Below, one piece after another: positions 1 to 10,744 of a DNA stretch of 22,291 nt; position 1 is the first letter of the stretch, and each line of letters starts with the position of its first letter. The translations under genes were made by a program, and so were the position numbers. Below the pieces are notes generated by a model. That model saw nothing but the letters and a program-made list of their open reading frames with translations. It did not search any database and was not told where the DNA came from. The stretch covers positions 1-22,291 of the forward strand of contig NW_021836917.1 of the NCBI RefSeq assembly GCF_006345805.1, given 5' to 3'. This stretch comes from Octopus sinensis. Taxonomy: Eukaryota.

Positions 1-387
1 TGGGCCTATATTGTTGACAGCAACCACGGTGTAGATAGATATGAACTGGATCCCTAGACTTGTGGGGCCTCCCTGGCAATTGCCCTGTGGGCCCTTACCT
101 AAAACAGCATTAGTTATAGAGTTGTGAGTTATTGTGCAGATGTGACGTGGTGCCAAATCTCCCTCTCATCAAATTCCTTACTGTCTTTAGCCCTTTTAAT
201 GCTTGGCAACCAACTTGACACTGGCCCGGGCTCTGTGATACAAACTCACTGCTTTAAAATTTAAACCTTTTTCCATCAAAATTTTATGTCAATTGATACT
301 TTAAAAACCAGCTTAACCCTCTTGTTACCATATTTCTGTTGAGATGCTCTGAGTTTCTTTCAATTATTTTAAACATAAAGAATTTAG

Positions 388-783
388 ACGCTGGAGTGGC
401 TGTGTGGTAAGTAGCTTGCTAACCAACCACATGGTTCCAGGTTCAGTCCCACTGCGTGGCATCTTGGGCAAGTGTCTTCTGCTATAGCTCCGGGCCGACC
501 AATGCCGTGTGAGTGGATTTGGTAGATGGAAACTGAAAGAAGCCCGTCGTATATATGTATATATATATGTGTGTGCGTGAGTGTTTGTCCCCCTAGCATT
601 GCTTGACAACCGCTGCTGGTGTGTTTATGTCCCCGTCACTAAGCGGTTCGGCAAAAGAGAGACCGATAGAATAAGTACTAGGCTTACAAAAGAATAAGTC
701 CCGGGGTCGAGCTGCTCGATTAAAGGCGGTGCTCCAGCATGGCCGCAGTCAAATGACTGAAACAAGTAAAAGAGTAAAAGAGA
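388..783 (+). mobile_element. tRNA-derived SINE, family 1 (CORE-like segment), full length
   Basis: A-box TGGCTGTGTGG, B-box GGTTCAGTCCC, CORE-like CTTGGGCAAGTG, internal (TA)/(TG) tract, tail ending (GTAAAAGA)n. Near-identical copies recur at 8389-8787, 12371-12990, 18736-19166 and 21710-22116. Confidence 0.85.
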
Positions 784-1214
784 GTAGTAAAATAAGTTAG
801 TTATCATTAAGCTAGTATTAGGAACATAAATTGTGACTAAGTCTTGGTGGAAGATTTTAATTCGAAACTTATGAAAAGAAAGACATTTGTACTCAGAGCC
901 CGGACCGGTTTCAGCCAGGTTGATAATGAAAGGGTTAATAATGTTCTTTCATTCTTTGTTCATCTCTCCTTTTCTTTCTTTCTTTCTTTCATTCTTTTTT
1001 GTCTTTCCCTTTCTTTTCCTTTCTTTCTCCATCCTTCCCTCTCTCCCCCTTTCTTTCTTCCTCCCTCTTTTTGTTTATTTATTGTTCTTTTTCCATTTTA
1101 TTTTCCAGAAAGAAGAGACATAACTTCACACCACTGGCACCCCCATGACTCCCAAAGCCAGGCACTAACTTTATCCCACCCTCACCCATTCTTACCTCCA
1201 AAGAATAACAACAA

Positions 1215-1448
1215 ACCACACACACACACACATTAACACACCCATCCACACACACATATATATATACGCACACACATACATATTTATATATACACTTATA
1301 TACACACACGTACATACACACATATATATGCACACACATACACATATACATACACATTAAAAATTACACACACACGTACTCACACACACACATACACACG
1401 TACTCACACACACACATACACACGTACTCACACACACACACACACACT
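1215..1448. repeat. (CA)n/(TACA)n compound microsatellite
   Basis: Directly visible; ends just before the exon-1 acceptor region. Confidence 0.9.
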
Positions 1449-1603
1449 CTTATAATTACAGACTTACACAATTGCAGACAAACTCATTCTCTACATCCAT
1501 ACTGTTTGACCAATTGCACTCGTGGCCCCAACAAACACCCTCCTCCAAAACGTTTCCTGCCACTGCCCCTGCCCTGCCCTGCACCCCAGCAAATTTCCCC
1601 TCC

Positions 1604-1865
1604 ATGGAGGACGTCGAGTTAGAAGTACAGACCATGTACCCAGGCTTCGTGCACCACTTGAACTCCACAAGCATGCAACAGAAGTCCAACGTGCTGACGG
1701 CAAGGTTGCCGTTTGTTGGTAGGGTGCGTCTGCTCACCGACTGTGTGGGCCTGCTCAAGTGCTGTTTTGTCGTGATCTGCTACGTGTATGCCGTGTTCGT
1801 CTCTCTGGTAGTTATCGTGCAACCCCAGTATGACGACGACAACATGTCGGCCCCTTTTGCAGTCC
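1604..1865 (+). CDS. ZDHHC21: ZDHHC21-like palmitoyltransferase, coding exon 1 (N-terminus + TM1)
   Basis: ATG at 1604 (tccATGG). Reads MEDVELEVQTMYPGFVHHLNSTSMQQKSNVLTARLPFVGRVRLLTDCVGLLKCCFVVICYVYAVFVSLVVIVQPQYDDDNMSAPFAV, then C|GTGAGT donor at 1866 (phase 1). GRVRLLTDCVG...QPQYDDDNM aligns by eye with human ZDHHC21 GLRIHFVVDPHG...FPHYEEGHI. Candidate acceptors tacAG 1460-61 or tgcAG 1476-77. The true start codon is less certain than the exon. Confidence 0.85.
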
Positions 1866-2070
1866 GTGAGTATCATCTTGGATTATTCTCGTTAACAGTT
1901 AATCATATACATAACCTGTACTTATCCCTGCCTGTATTTTGGTACCCACATGTAAATTCCTCTATTTTTATTGGCTACACATTGTTTTCAACTCAACCTG
2001 GTGCCTTACCATTTAAGTGCCTGATTCATTGGCATGGGTGCTAGTTATGCTAGTTATATTGACAATATAT

Positions 2071-2115
<45 letters not shown>

Positions 2116-2386
2116 AAAATTAGTAATGCAATACGAGAGTATTGCCTTTCCAGTTTGTTGCACTCATGCATTTTTGCTAGTACATACGCGGTGAAGCTAT
2201 ACATTAGCGTCGTATTATTACGTTCGCTATTTCCAGTAAATATCGGTACTTGTTGTTTGCCATATCTTTACTTCTATATATATATATATATACGGGAAGC
2301 TTTATGAAAATAAACAAAGACGAAGGCAGGTGGAAACAAACGAACAATTGTATTAGTATGGCGCTCAGGAAAATAAATAAACACGT

Positions 2387-2422
2387 CTTTAACGTTTCGA
2401 GCCTACGCTCTTCACAGAAAGA
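2387..2422 (-). ncRNA. Minimal type I hammerhead-like motif in the PLE 3' end (non-canonical core)
   Basis: Minus strand TCTTT-CTGTGAA-GAGC-GTAG-GCTC-GAAAC-GTT-AAAGA: stem I TCTTT/AAAGA, stem II GAGC/GCTC, palindromic ACGT stem III. The core lacks the A of CUGANGA. Confidence 0.55.
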
Positions 2423-2974
2423 TACACAGAGAGAGAAAAAACCAGAAAGAAGGAGAGAAAAAAATGCGTGCAGTAGCTAACGAATCAACATGGCGATCTG
2501 ATTTCGGCCAGAGGTCAAAGATCAAACATGAGACACGAGAGCGAATAAGGGGAGATAATAGGGTTGATAAAAGGGTTGAGGGACCAGCTAAAAGTGCGTG
2601 GGAGGGGTCTGGATGTGTGTATGTATAGGGTTGGTGTATGTATTAGTATGTATAAGGGTGTGTGTGTGTGTGTGTGTGTGTATGAGAGAGTATTAGTGCA
2701 TAAGATTGGTCTGGATGTGCGTATGTATGGGGTTGGTGTATGTATTAGTATGTATTAGTATGTATTAGTACGTATTGGTATGTATAGGTGTGTGTGTGTG
2801 TGTGTGTGAGAGAGTATAAGTGCGTATGCGGTGTCTGGACGTGTGTATGTATAGGGTTGGTGTAAGTATTAGTATGTACTAGTATGTATTAGTACGTATT
2901 AGTATGTATTAGTTGGTGTGTGTATTAGTATGGCACATCATATGTGATGTGATGTGTAAAGTCATGTGGTGTAG

Positions 2975-3250
2975 TGAGGAGAAGAGGGGGAGGGGAAGAA
3001 GGGGAGGGGAAGAAGAGGGGAGGAGAAGGGGGAAGAGGAGACGATGGGGGAGAAGGAAGGTGAGAGGGGGATGGAGGAAAGAGGGAGAGAGAAGGGGGAG
3101 AGAGGGAGTGAGGGAGCAGGGGGAAGAGGGAGGGAGAAAGAGGGAAGAAGGGAAGGGGAGTAGGGGTGAAGGATGAAGGACTGAAGAAGTAGGGGTCGGG
3201 GGGAGAAGGATAGGTGAGGAGGGGGAGAGGGGGGTTAGATGAGGAGGGGG
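2975..3250 (+). repeat. Purine-rich (G/A) low-complexity tract in the PLE 3' region
   Basis: Almost only G and A on the + strand. The preceding 2600-2940 holds (TG)n and three copies of a GGTGTATGTATTAGTATGTA-like unit. Confidence 0.85.
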
Positions 3251-5293
3251 GCAGAAGGCGTATAAGAGCGAAGAGAGAAGATTAATTCCTGTTCACGGCG
3301 CAAACGGGAATCCGGATGGCCTCTGTGTAAGGACAAACCGAACACAGATAGGTGTTGCAAGGAGTGACCGGTGGAGCGGAAATGGCGTGAGACCGGTGTG
3401 TCGTTCGCAAGGTGGATGTCACGAAGGTGTTCCGCGAACCGGTCAGCCAAGCGGCGTCCCGTTGTCCGATGTACAAGAATTGCAGAGAGAGCAAGAGATG
3501 CAATAGATAATATTGCTGGAGGTGCAGGTGAAGGAGTGGATGATGGGATAGGGTCGATGGTGGGGTGCTAGTGAGGCGGGTGGTGTTGGAGAGGTAAGGG
3601 CAAGTGCGGCAACGTGGGCGGGAGCAGGGGAACGAGCTGGGTTGGGAGGTAGGGTCAGGGAAGGAGCTATGGACCAAAAGGTCTCGAAGGTTTTGGGCTC
3701 GTTTGAAAGAGGGGAGGGGTCGGTTAGGGAAGAGGTGTGAAGTGGACAGGTCGGACTGGAGATGACGGAAAGCTCGAAGAATGGTGCGTTGGAGACGTAG
3801 GGTCGTGGGGTGGTAAGTGAGGGGAAAGGGAGGCGGGAGACTACAGGGCGGGTTCGGGAGAGAGAGCAGATACACGGTCCACGGACCGTGCTCTGGCAAG
3901 GGCGGTGTGGATAGTGGTGAGGGGGTATCCACGTAGGGTGAAGTGGTGAGCCATACGTTGAGACTGAGTCTCAAAGTCATGGTCGTCACTACAGAGCCTA
4001 CGTAGACGGAGGAATTGGGAATAGGGGATGGAAAGCTTGGTGTGTTCTGGGTGGGAGGAAGAGAAGTTGAGGTATGAGTGTGAGTCTGTGTGTTTGTAGT
4101 GAATGGAGGTGGTAAGAGTGGAGTGAAGAATGCTAACCGAAATGTCGAGGAAGGAGACAGAGGTGTTGGAGATAGTGGAAGTGAAGTGGAGGGCTGGATG
4201 GAAAGATTGGACGAAAGAGAGGAAGGAATCTAGATGTTCGCGGGAGAGTGAGGGCACCGATAATGTCGTCAATATAACGACCATATAGTTCAGGAGTGGG
4301 ACCAGTGAAATTAGAGAATATTTGGGCTCAACATAGCCAACGAACAGGTTCGCATAGTTGGGGCCCATTCGCGTTCCCATGGCCACTCCCGAGACCTGAT
4401 GGTAGAACTCGCCCGCGAACGAGAAGCAGTTCAGAGTAAGGACAAGTTCGGCCAGACGAATGAGTGTGGAGGTGTCAGGTACAGGGTTAGAGCGGAGGTC
4501 AAGAAAGTGTCGAAGGGCCTGCAGTCCTTCGTGGTGAGGATAACAGTATAGAGGCTTTGGATGTCCATAGTAAAAAGGATTTTGGAGGAGCCGGGAGGAA
4601 AGGAGAAAGAGTTGAAAAGCCGGAGAGCATGGTTGGTATCGTGGATGTGGGAGGGAAGAGATGCCACTAGGGGGGCAAGGACACGGTCGAGGTATAGAGA
4701 TGAGCTCCGTGGGGCAGTTACAGGCGAGACGATGGGGCGGCCAGGGTTGTTGGGTTTGTGGATTTTGGGGAGGAAGTAAATGGTGGGGGTACGTGGGGTT
4801 CGCACAATTAGGTTGGATGCGGTGCGGGGAGACGGGAGGACGAGATGAGGTCTTGGACAGTAGAGGATACCGTCTGTTGGTAGCTACGTGTGGGGTTAGA
4901 GGGCAGAGGGGAATAGAAGGAGATATATATATATATATATATTTATCAAAAGAAAAAACTGGATGCAAAAGATTTTGCAGTACGTATGTTTCTGGCTTTA
5001 TTGAGCAATTTATATCAATGCATAATTGAAATAACATGTAGGTCAACAGCCTTCTTTAGCCGCGTACAATTACCACACCAAAGACATGTATTACATTATA
5101 GCAGATTTGAGAAGTTTGGGAAAAAAATGAGTTTCATTGGGAAGGTAAATCCTCATAGTCGTATGTGGCATAGCGAGACACCAAAATAAAACGTCTATAT
5201 ATATATATATATATATACATACATACATGTATGTATACATGTATGTATACATGTATGTATACATGTATGTATATATGTATGTATATATGTATG

Positions 5294-5637
5294 TCATCAT
5301 CATCGTTTAACGTCCGTTTTCCGCGCTAGATGGGTTGGACGGTTCGACCGGGGTCTGTGAAGCCAGGGGCTGCTCCAGGCTCCAGTCTGATCTGGCAGAG
5401 TTTCTACGGCTGGATGCCCTTCCTAACGCCAACCACTCCGCGAGTGTAGTGGGTGCATTTTACGTGCCACCTGCACAGGTGCCAGGGGGGGGTTCGGCAT
5501 CGGTCACGATCGGTTGGAGCTTTTAACGTGCCAGCGGCACTGGAGCCAGCCAAGGCAGTGCTGGCAACGTTCGGATGGTCTTTTTATGTGCCACCGGCAC
5601 AGGAGCCAGTCGGGGCGGCGCTGGCATCGGCCACGCT
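5294..5637 (-). mobile_element. SINE-like repeat, family 3 (RTE-like 3' tail ending (GAT)n)
   Basis: Reverse complement of the GAAGGGCATCCAGCTGTAGAAAC...AACGGACGTTAAACGATGATGAT tail also seen at 15170-15310, 16760-16913, 17975-18108 and 18521-18660. Confidence 0.75.
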
Positions 5638-6176
5638 ATATATATATATGTATGTATGTATGTATATATGTATGTATATATGTATGTATATATATATGTA
5701 TATATATAAGAAGGATGACCACTAAGTGGACATCCATATGCTAAAAGTTGACCCCCTATGGTCTTACCACTAAGAAAGGAATGTTCTCAAGAAAATTCAG
5801 CAAACGCCAGAATGTAAGCGAGCAAGACAAATGGAAAGATACAAAATATACAGATTAATCACAGACTACTTTCGTTGCTACCACTTACGTAATTACTTAC
5901 ATAAATGTCCGCAATTCGTCTGTGTGATCGTCATAGCAAAAATATAATTTGCAGAACTATACACAAGACGTCCACATGAGATTGTATATGTATATAGTTC
6001 TACCAATTACATTTGGGGTTATATTTCAAAAGTCTTCACTTTGGCGTGTCAAAATACTGGAAACAATTTTGCAGAAAATAATTCTTTGCCATGAATTTTG
6101 TCATGAATTTAAATTTAGTTATTTTAAATTTTTAATTTTTAAATTAAAATTTTAAAATTTAAAATTTAAATATATA

Positions 6177-6571
6177 CTAGCAGTATCACCCGGTGTTGCT
6201 CGGATTTGTAAGGGAAATAACTATATAAGCATTTTTAGAGATGTAAAGTATAATAGCCATCTCAATATGGCTAACCACAAAGGGGGGTGGTGTTACTGTA
6301 GCTTTTTAGTTCTGAGATTTAATAATAAATTTAGAGAGTTACTTCCCTTATATATGCCAAAAATGCATTTAAAAATGTGAAAAATTGATGGTAAATTTTT
6401 TTTAAATCGTAGACTCATCGTAGACGCGCGCTAATACCCAGAAGGGCTCGATATGAATCACGACTATAAGATACCAAGTTTTGGTTAAACTGCACCGCAA
6501 AATGTGGGAGTAGTTAGGAATCTAAATCGTAGGAGACAGACAGCACACAACCTCTCTTTTATATATAAAGA
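6177..6571 (-). mobile_element. Non-autonomous Helitron-like element (395 bp)
   Basis: Minus strand starts A^TC(TTTATATATAAAA...GTCTGTCT) and ends CCGAGCAACACCGGGTGATACTG-CTAG^T. This gives the TC...CTAG termini inserted between A and T, with a GC-rich subterminal hairpin-like segment. Confidence 0.7.
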
Positions 6572-6579
6572 TATATATA

Positions 6580-7330
6580 TGGCAGGCTTCTTTCAGTTTC
6601 CATCTACCAAATTCACTCCAAAGGCTTTGGTCAGCCCGAGGCTATAACAGAAAAGGTGGCAAGCTGGCAGAATCGTTAGCATGTAGGCAAAATGATTAGC
6701 AGTATTTCATCTGCCGTTACATTCTGAGTTCAAATTCCGCCGAGGTCGACTTTGCCTTTCATCCTTTCGGGGTTGATAAATTAAGTACCAGTTACGCACT
6801 GGGATTGAGGTAATAGACTTAATCCGTTTGTCTGTCCTTGTTTGTCCCCTCTGTGTTTAGAACCTTGTGGGTAGTAAAGAAATAGGTATTTCATCTGCCG
6901 CTATGTTCTGAGTTCAAATTCCGCCCAGGTCAACTTTGACTTTCATCCTTCAGGGTCAATTAAATAAGTACCAGTCACGCACTGGGGTCGATATAATCGA
7001 CTTAATCCATTTGTCGTCCTTGTTTGTCCTCTCTATGTTTAGCCCCTTGTGGTAGTAAAGTAATAGGTATTTCATCTGCCGTTACATTCTGAGTTCAAAT
7101 TCCGCCGAGGTCGACTTTGCCTTTCATCCTTTCGGGGTTGATAAATTAAGTACCAGTTACGCACTGGGATTGAGGTAATCGACTTAATCCGTTTGTCTGT
7201 CCTTGTTTGTCCCCTCTGTGTTTAGCCCCTTGTGGGTAGTAAAGAAATAGGTATATAGTAGAAGACACTTACCCAAGGTGCCATGCAGTGGGACTGAACC
7301 CGGAACCATGTGGCTGTGAAGCAAGCTTCA
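6580..7330 (-). mobile_element. Family 1 SINE head split by an inserted family 2 SINE
   Basis: 6580-6652 and 7253-7330 join into a continuous reverse-strand family 1 head; TATAACAGAA / TATAGTAGAA flank the insert like a decayed target-site duplication. Confidence 0.7.
6653..7251 (+). mobile_element. tRNA-derived SINE, family 2, with body in three tandem ~184-bp units
   Basis: Head TGGCAGAATCG...GAGTTCAAATTCC; units start at 6702, 6886 and 7067. Shared core GTCGACTTTGCCTTTCATCCTTTCGGGG..ATAAATTAAGTACCAG, with related copies at 13750-14550. Confidence 0.8.
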
Positions 7331-7397
7331 TAACACAGCCACGCTTCACGCACACACACACACTACTTACTTTCTCTTTCTCTCTCATCTCTTCCAG

Positions 7398-7502
7398 TTT
7401 ATACATACCTGTGCTTCAATATGTTTCTCTCTTTGATAATGTCCATTATTACCAACCCTGGCCAACTCTACCTCACGCAGGCTCTGGAACCTCTACTCTC
7501 AG
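7398..7502 (+). CDS. ZDHHC21: ZDHHC21-like exon 2 (TM2 + DPG-equivalent NPG motif)
   Basis: Pyrimidine tract + ttccAG acceptor and G|GTAACA donor; 105 bp, phase 1 to phase 1. Reads (L)YTYLCFNMFLSLIMSIITNPGQLYLTQALEPLLS(D); SIITNPG corresponds to ASITDPG of ZDHHC21. Confidence 0.88.
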
Positions 7503-7793
7503 GTAACAACAAGCTTCTGTCAATTTCTCTGACTGTACCTGTCTCTGTTGTCCATCTACCTGTCTGTATCTGCCTGTTTGTTGCATGTTTTCTCTATACC
7601 TGTGTTTACCTGCTTAACCATCCATATATATTTATATATATATATATATATACAAAATGAGAAAATGGAGAAACATACTTAAATCAATCAATTATCAACC
7701 ATCAGATAATACCCAATTAATACTTTATTACACCATTACATAACAGAAATGACATTATACATGGAAATAAATATAAAATACAATTACATCATA

Positions 7794-7904
7794 TCTGACA
7801 GCTGTTTCGGCCGTGAAGACAAGTATGTCTCATTTAACCTATTAGCCATATAAAGCAGGTATAAGTGAGACATTAACAAGGATGTCTCACGGCCTCTTCA
7901 GAGA
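7794..7904 (-). ncRNA. Type I hammerhead ribozyme motif with an 86-nt extended stem II
   Basis: Minus strand TCT-CTGAAGA-GGCCGTGA...TCACGGCC-GAAAC-AGCT-GTC-AGA. Intact core, 8-bp stem II base, palindromic ACAGCTGT stem III, GUC cleavage triplet, 3-bp stem I. Confidence 0.7.
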
Positions 7905-8209
7905 ATTTAATATAAGTGTGAAAAAAATTTACACATAAATATAAAAATATAAAATATAGAAATGTGTGCATAGACACTCATAATTCTACACACATATATA
8001 TACACATTAATACAATAATACAATATAAACAAAATATATCAGTATACATTAACAAACACAGTTATTTTCCATATTGGACTCCTAGTTCCATAACTAACAT
8101 CAAGGAAATACATGTACACTCACATTAAAATTTAAAGCAGACATATATATATATAAAACAGTCCAGTTCATTAAAATGTATAACCACACAAAAAGTCAAT
8201 AAGATTAAT

Positions 8210-8247
<38 letters not shown>

Positions 8248-8333
8248 CCATGATTGTACCATGTAAAGCAAGCGGACATCTACATATCAACATATATATA
8301 TATATACATATCAACATATATATACATATCAAC

Positions 8334-8382
<49 letters not shown>

Positions 8383-8388
8383 TATATA

Positions 8389-8787
8389 CTCTTTTACTTG
8401 TTTCAGTCATTTGACTGCAGCCATGCTGGAGCACCACCTTTAGTCGAGCAAATCGACCCCAGGACTTATTCTTTGTAAGCCTAGTACTTATTCTATCGGT
8501 CTCTTTTGCCGAACCGTTAAGTTACGGGGACATGAACACACCAGCATCTGTTGTCAAGCGATGTTGGGAGGGCAAACACAGACACACAAACACACACGCA
8601 CATACATATATATATACATATATTCGACGAGCTTCTTTCAGTTTCCGTCTACCAAATCCACTGACAAGGCTTTGGTCGGCCCGAGGCTATAGTAGAAGAC
8701 ACTTGCCCAAGGTGTCACGCAGTGGGACTGAACTTGGAACCATGTGGTTGGTAAGCAAGCTACTTACCACACAGCCACTCCTGCACC
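8389..8787 (-). mobile_element. Family 1 SINE, full length
   Basis: Reverse complement of 388-783. Confidence 0.85.
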
Positions 8788-8822
8788 TATATATCTAAAT
8801 ATATATATATATATATAAATTC

Positions 8823-9870
8823 TATAATTATGAGTATAAATATAATTAGGGTTCAGCAAATTGCTTCACCACATACCGAAATTTAGAAATAGCAGTTAAA
8901 TACTATTCCTCTACCATAAGATATCTCCCAGACAGCAAGACTCTGTGTTTCTGGATTAAAGGGATTGTAGTGTGAACGGTGAAAAGAGTACAACAGAAAA
9001 AGGGAGAATGGAAATGTAATTGGGTCTTACCTCGTTGGAGATGAACTTGGATCGCTTTTAGCCAACTCGCTCGTCTGGTCCCTTCGTCGTGTCCACCGCA
9101 ACTCGTCAATGCCACACGTGCATTCTGCCTGTCACTTCCGCTTCCTCCGGCGCATGCGCCCTGCAAGCCCCACTTCCGCTCTCCCCCATCCGTCACATCT
9201 GGGATGTAAAATTTTTATTTTTATCAACCAAGCGACATCGAATAGCTATTCGATGCCGCTTGGTCGAATATGTATTTAATTATTAGTACTCTAAAACTTA
9301 CAATTGAAATACTACACTGAAGACGGAAATAAGTGAGTAAAAACAAAAATTTTACATCACTTTAATCCAGAAACGTGTATGTGGTTGATCAAAGCTGGGT
9401 GGATTCATTATTCTTTTCCCTTTACCTACGTGAATTAAGAGTCTTGCTGTCTGGGGGATATTTTATGGTAGTAGTGGAATAGTATTTAACTGCTATTTCT
9501 AAATTTCGGTATGTGGTGAAGCAATTTGCTGAACCCTAATTATAATTTAAGCTTATAATTATGAACTACTTGGTAAAATTATTATTAATTAATTGATTAA
9601 TTTTTACCCTTTATTATTATTTAAAGGATATGAAACTGACTTATTGGAAGTCCACCTGAAGATTGTCGATCAAGACAAGAAACGATTGTAGTGGCGGTTT
9701 TTTTGACTATTTATTAAAATTTTATGTATTGATTAAGTCTTTCCTTGTTTGTTTTGCAAAATAGTGGTTTTGTCCTAATAATATTTTATAATATTTTACT
9801 ATAAAATTGGATTAATCCTAAATCTGATTTTTTCCCTGTAAATTTGGATTTATTCCCTAATATTTATTAT
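8823..9870. mobile_element. Inverted pair of Penelope-like pseudo-LTR fragments with a GC-rich core
   Basis: 8841-8909 is the exact reverse complement of 9476-9544 (69 bp; ~120 bp with mismatches). A hammerhead follows at 9652-9694, and 10495-10575 is another inverted copy of 9400-9480. PLE identity is inferred from the hammerhead and inverted layout; no ORF was recognised. Confidence 0.55.
9652..9694 (+). ncRNA. Minimal type I hammerhead ribozyme motif, sense to the host pre-mRNA
   Basis: CCAC-CTGAAGA-TTGTC-GATCAA-GACAA-GAAAC-GATT-GTA-GTGG: 4-bp stem I, 5-bp stem II, 2-bp stem III, GUA triplet, full catalytic core. Confidence 0.75.
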
Positions 9871-9874
9871 TATT

Positions 9875-10144
9875 ATATATATATATATATTATATATATA
9901 TATATATATTTAGATACACACACACACATATACACATATACTAACATATACATATATACATATATATATACATATATATTAACATACATATATATATACA
10001 ACACATAGATATATAATATATATATATATTATATATACACACACACCATATACACATTTATAAATACATATACATATATTCACATATATATATATACATT
10101 ATATATACATATATATATATATATATAATATATATATATATATG

Positions 10145-10187
<43 letters not shown>

Positions 10188-10444
10188 CATACATATACCT
10201 ACATACAATATATATATTATATATATATATATATATATAGATATACATACATATATACTACATATATACATAAATATATATATATACATAATATTATACA
10301 TACCTATATATACATACATATATACATACATATATATATATACCTAATATATACATATATAATATATATATATATATACATACATATATACATACATATA
10401 TACATACATATTACATACATATATATACATACATATATACATAC

Positions 10445-10495
<51 letters not shown>
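9875..10495. repeat. Long (TA)n/(TACA)n compound microsatellite
   Basis: Directly visible; source of the spurious YI-repeat ORFs. Confidence 0.92.
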
Positions 10496-10496
<1 letters not shown>

Positions 10497-10744
10497 TCCA
10501 ATACTACCATAAATTCCCCCAGACGCAAGACTCTTAATTCACGTAGGTAAAGGGAAAAGAATAATGAATCCACCCGTCCTTGTTTTCTTTGTATCGTCTG
10601 TCTGAACGTTTTGTTGACCCTTTTTTGTACCACCTGACTGTCTGGATGTTTTGCGTTCTTGTACCGTTTTTGTATTTTTCATATATTAAAAATATAGTGG
10701 CGTACGTAATTTGTCTCTTATCTGTAAGTATATATATATATATG

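Larger units (their letters stand above)
2293..4922 (-). mobile_element. Penelope-like retroelement (probably Neptune-type), 5'-truncated, RT + GIY-YIG endonuclease + 3' pseudo-LTR
   Basis: Stitching minus-strand frames gives PTIYFLPKIHKPNNPGRPIVS, FTMDIQSLYT, GVAMGTRMGPNYANLF and YGRYIDD (YIDD at 4265-4276). These are followed by a CSRPRCRTC Cys linker and NIIYCISCSLC..YIG.TGRRLADRFAEHLR, ending at 3235. The 3' region is low-complexity and carries a hammerhead-like motif. Both ends abut (TA)n. Confidence 0.9.

Noticed and set aside
1866-2044. C-terminal part of the 190-aa ORF 1472..2044
   Set aside because: Read-through into intron 1 past a consensus GTGAGT donor; homology continues in exon 2 instead.
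4945-6120. Possible additional exon or TE coding remnant in the unique-looking stretches 4945-5190 and 5710-6120
   Set aside because: No recognisable motif, and exons 1 and 2 already join in phase with no gap relative to ZDHHC21.
6702-7251. Regular repeats here and at 14743-15150 as a CRISPR-like array
   Set aside because: Units are contiguous with no unique spacers, the context is eukaryotic, and no cas genes are present.
9311-9340. CTGAAGA-CG-GAAAT as another hammerhead
   Set aside because: No room for stem II and no convincing stems I or III.
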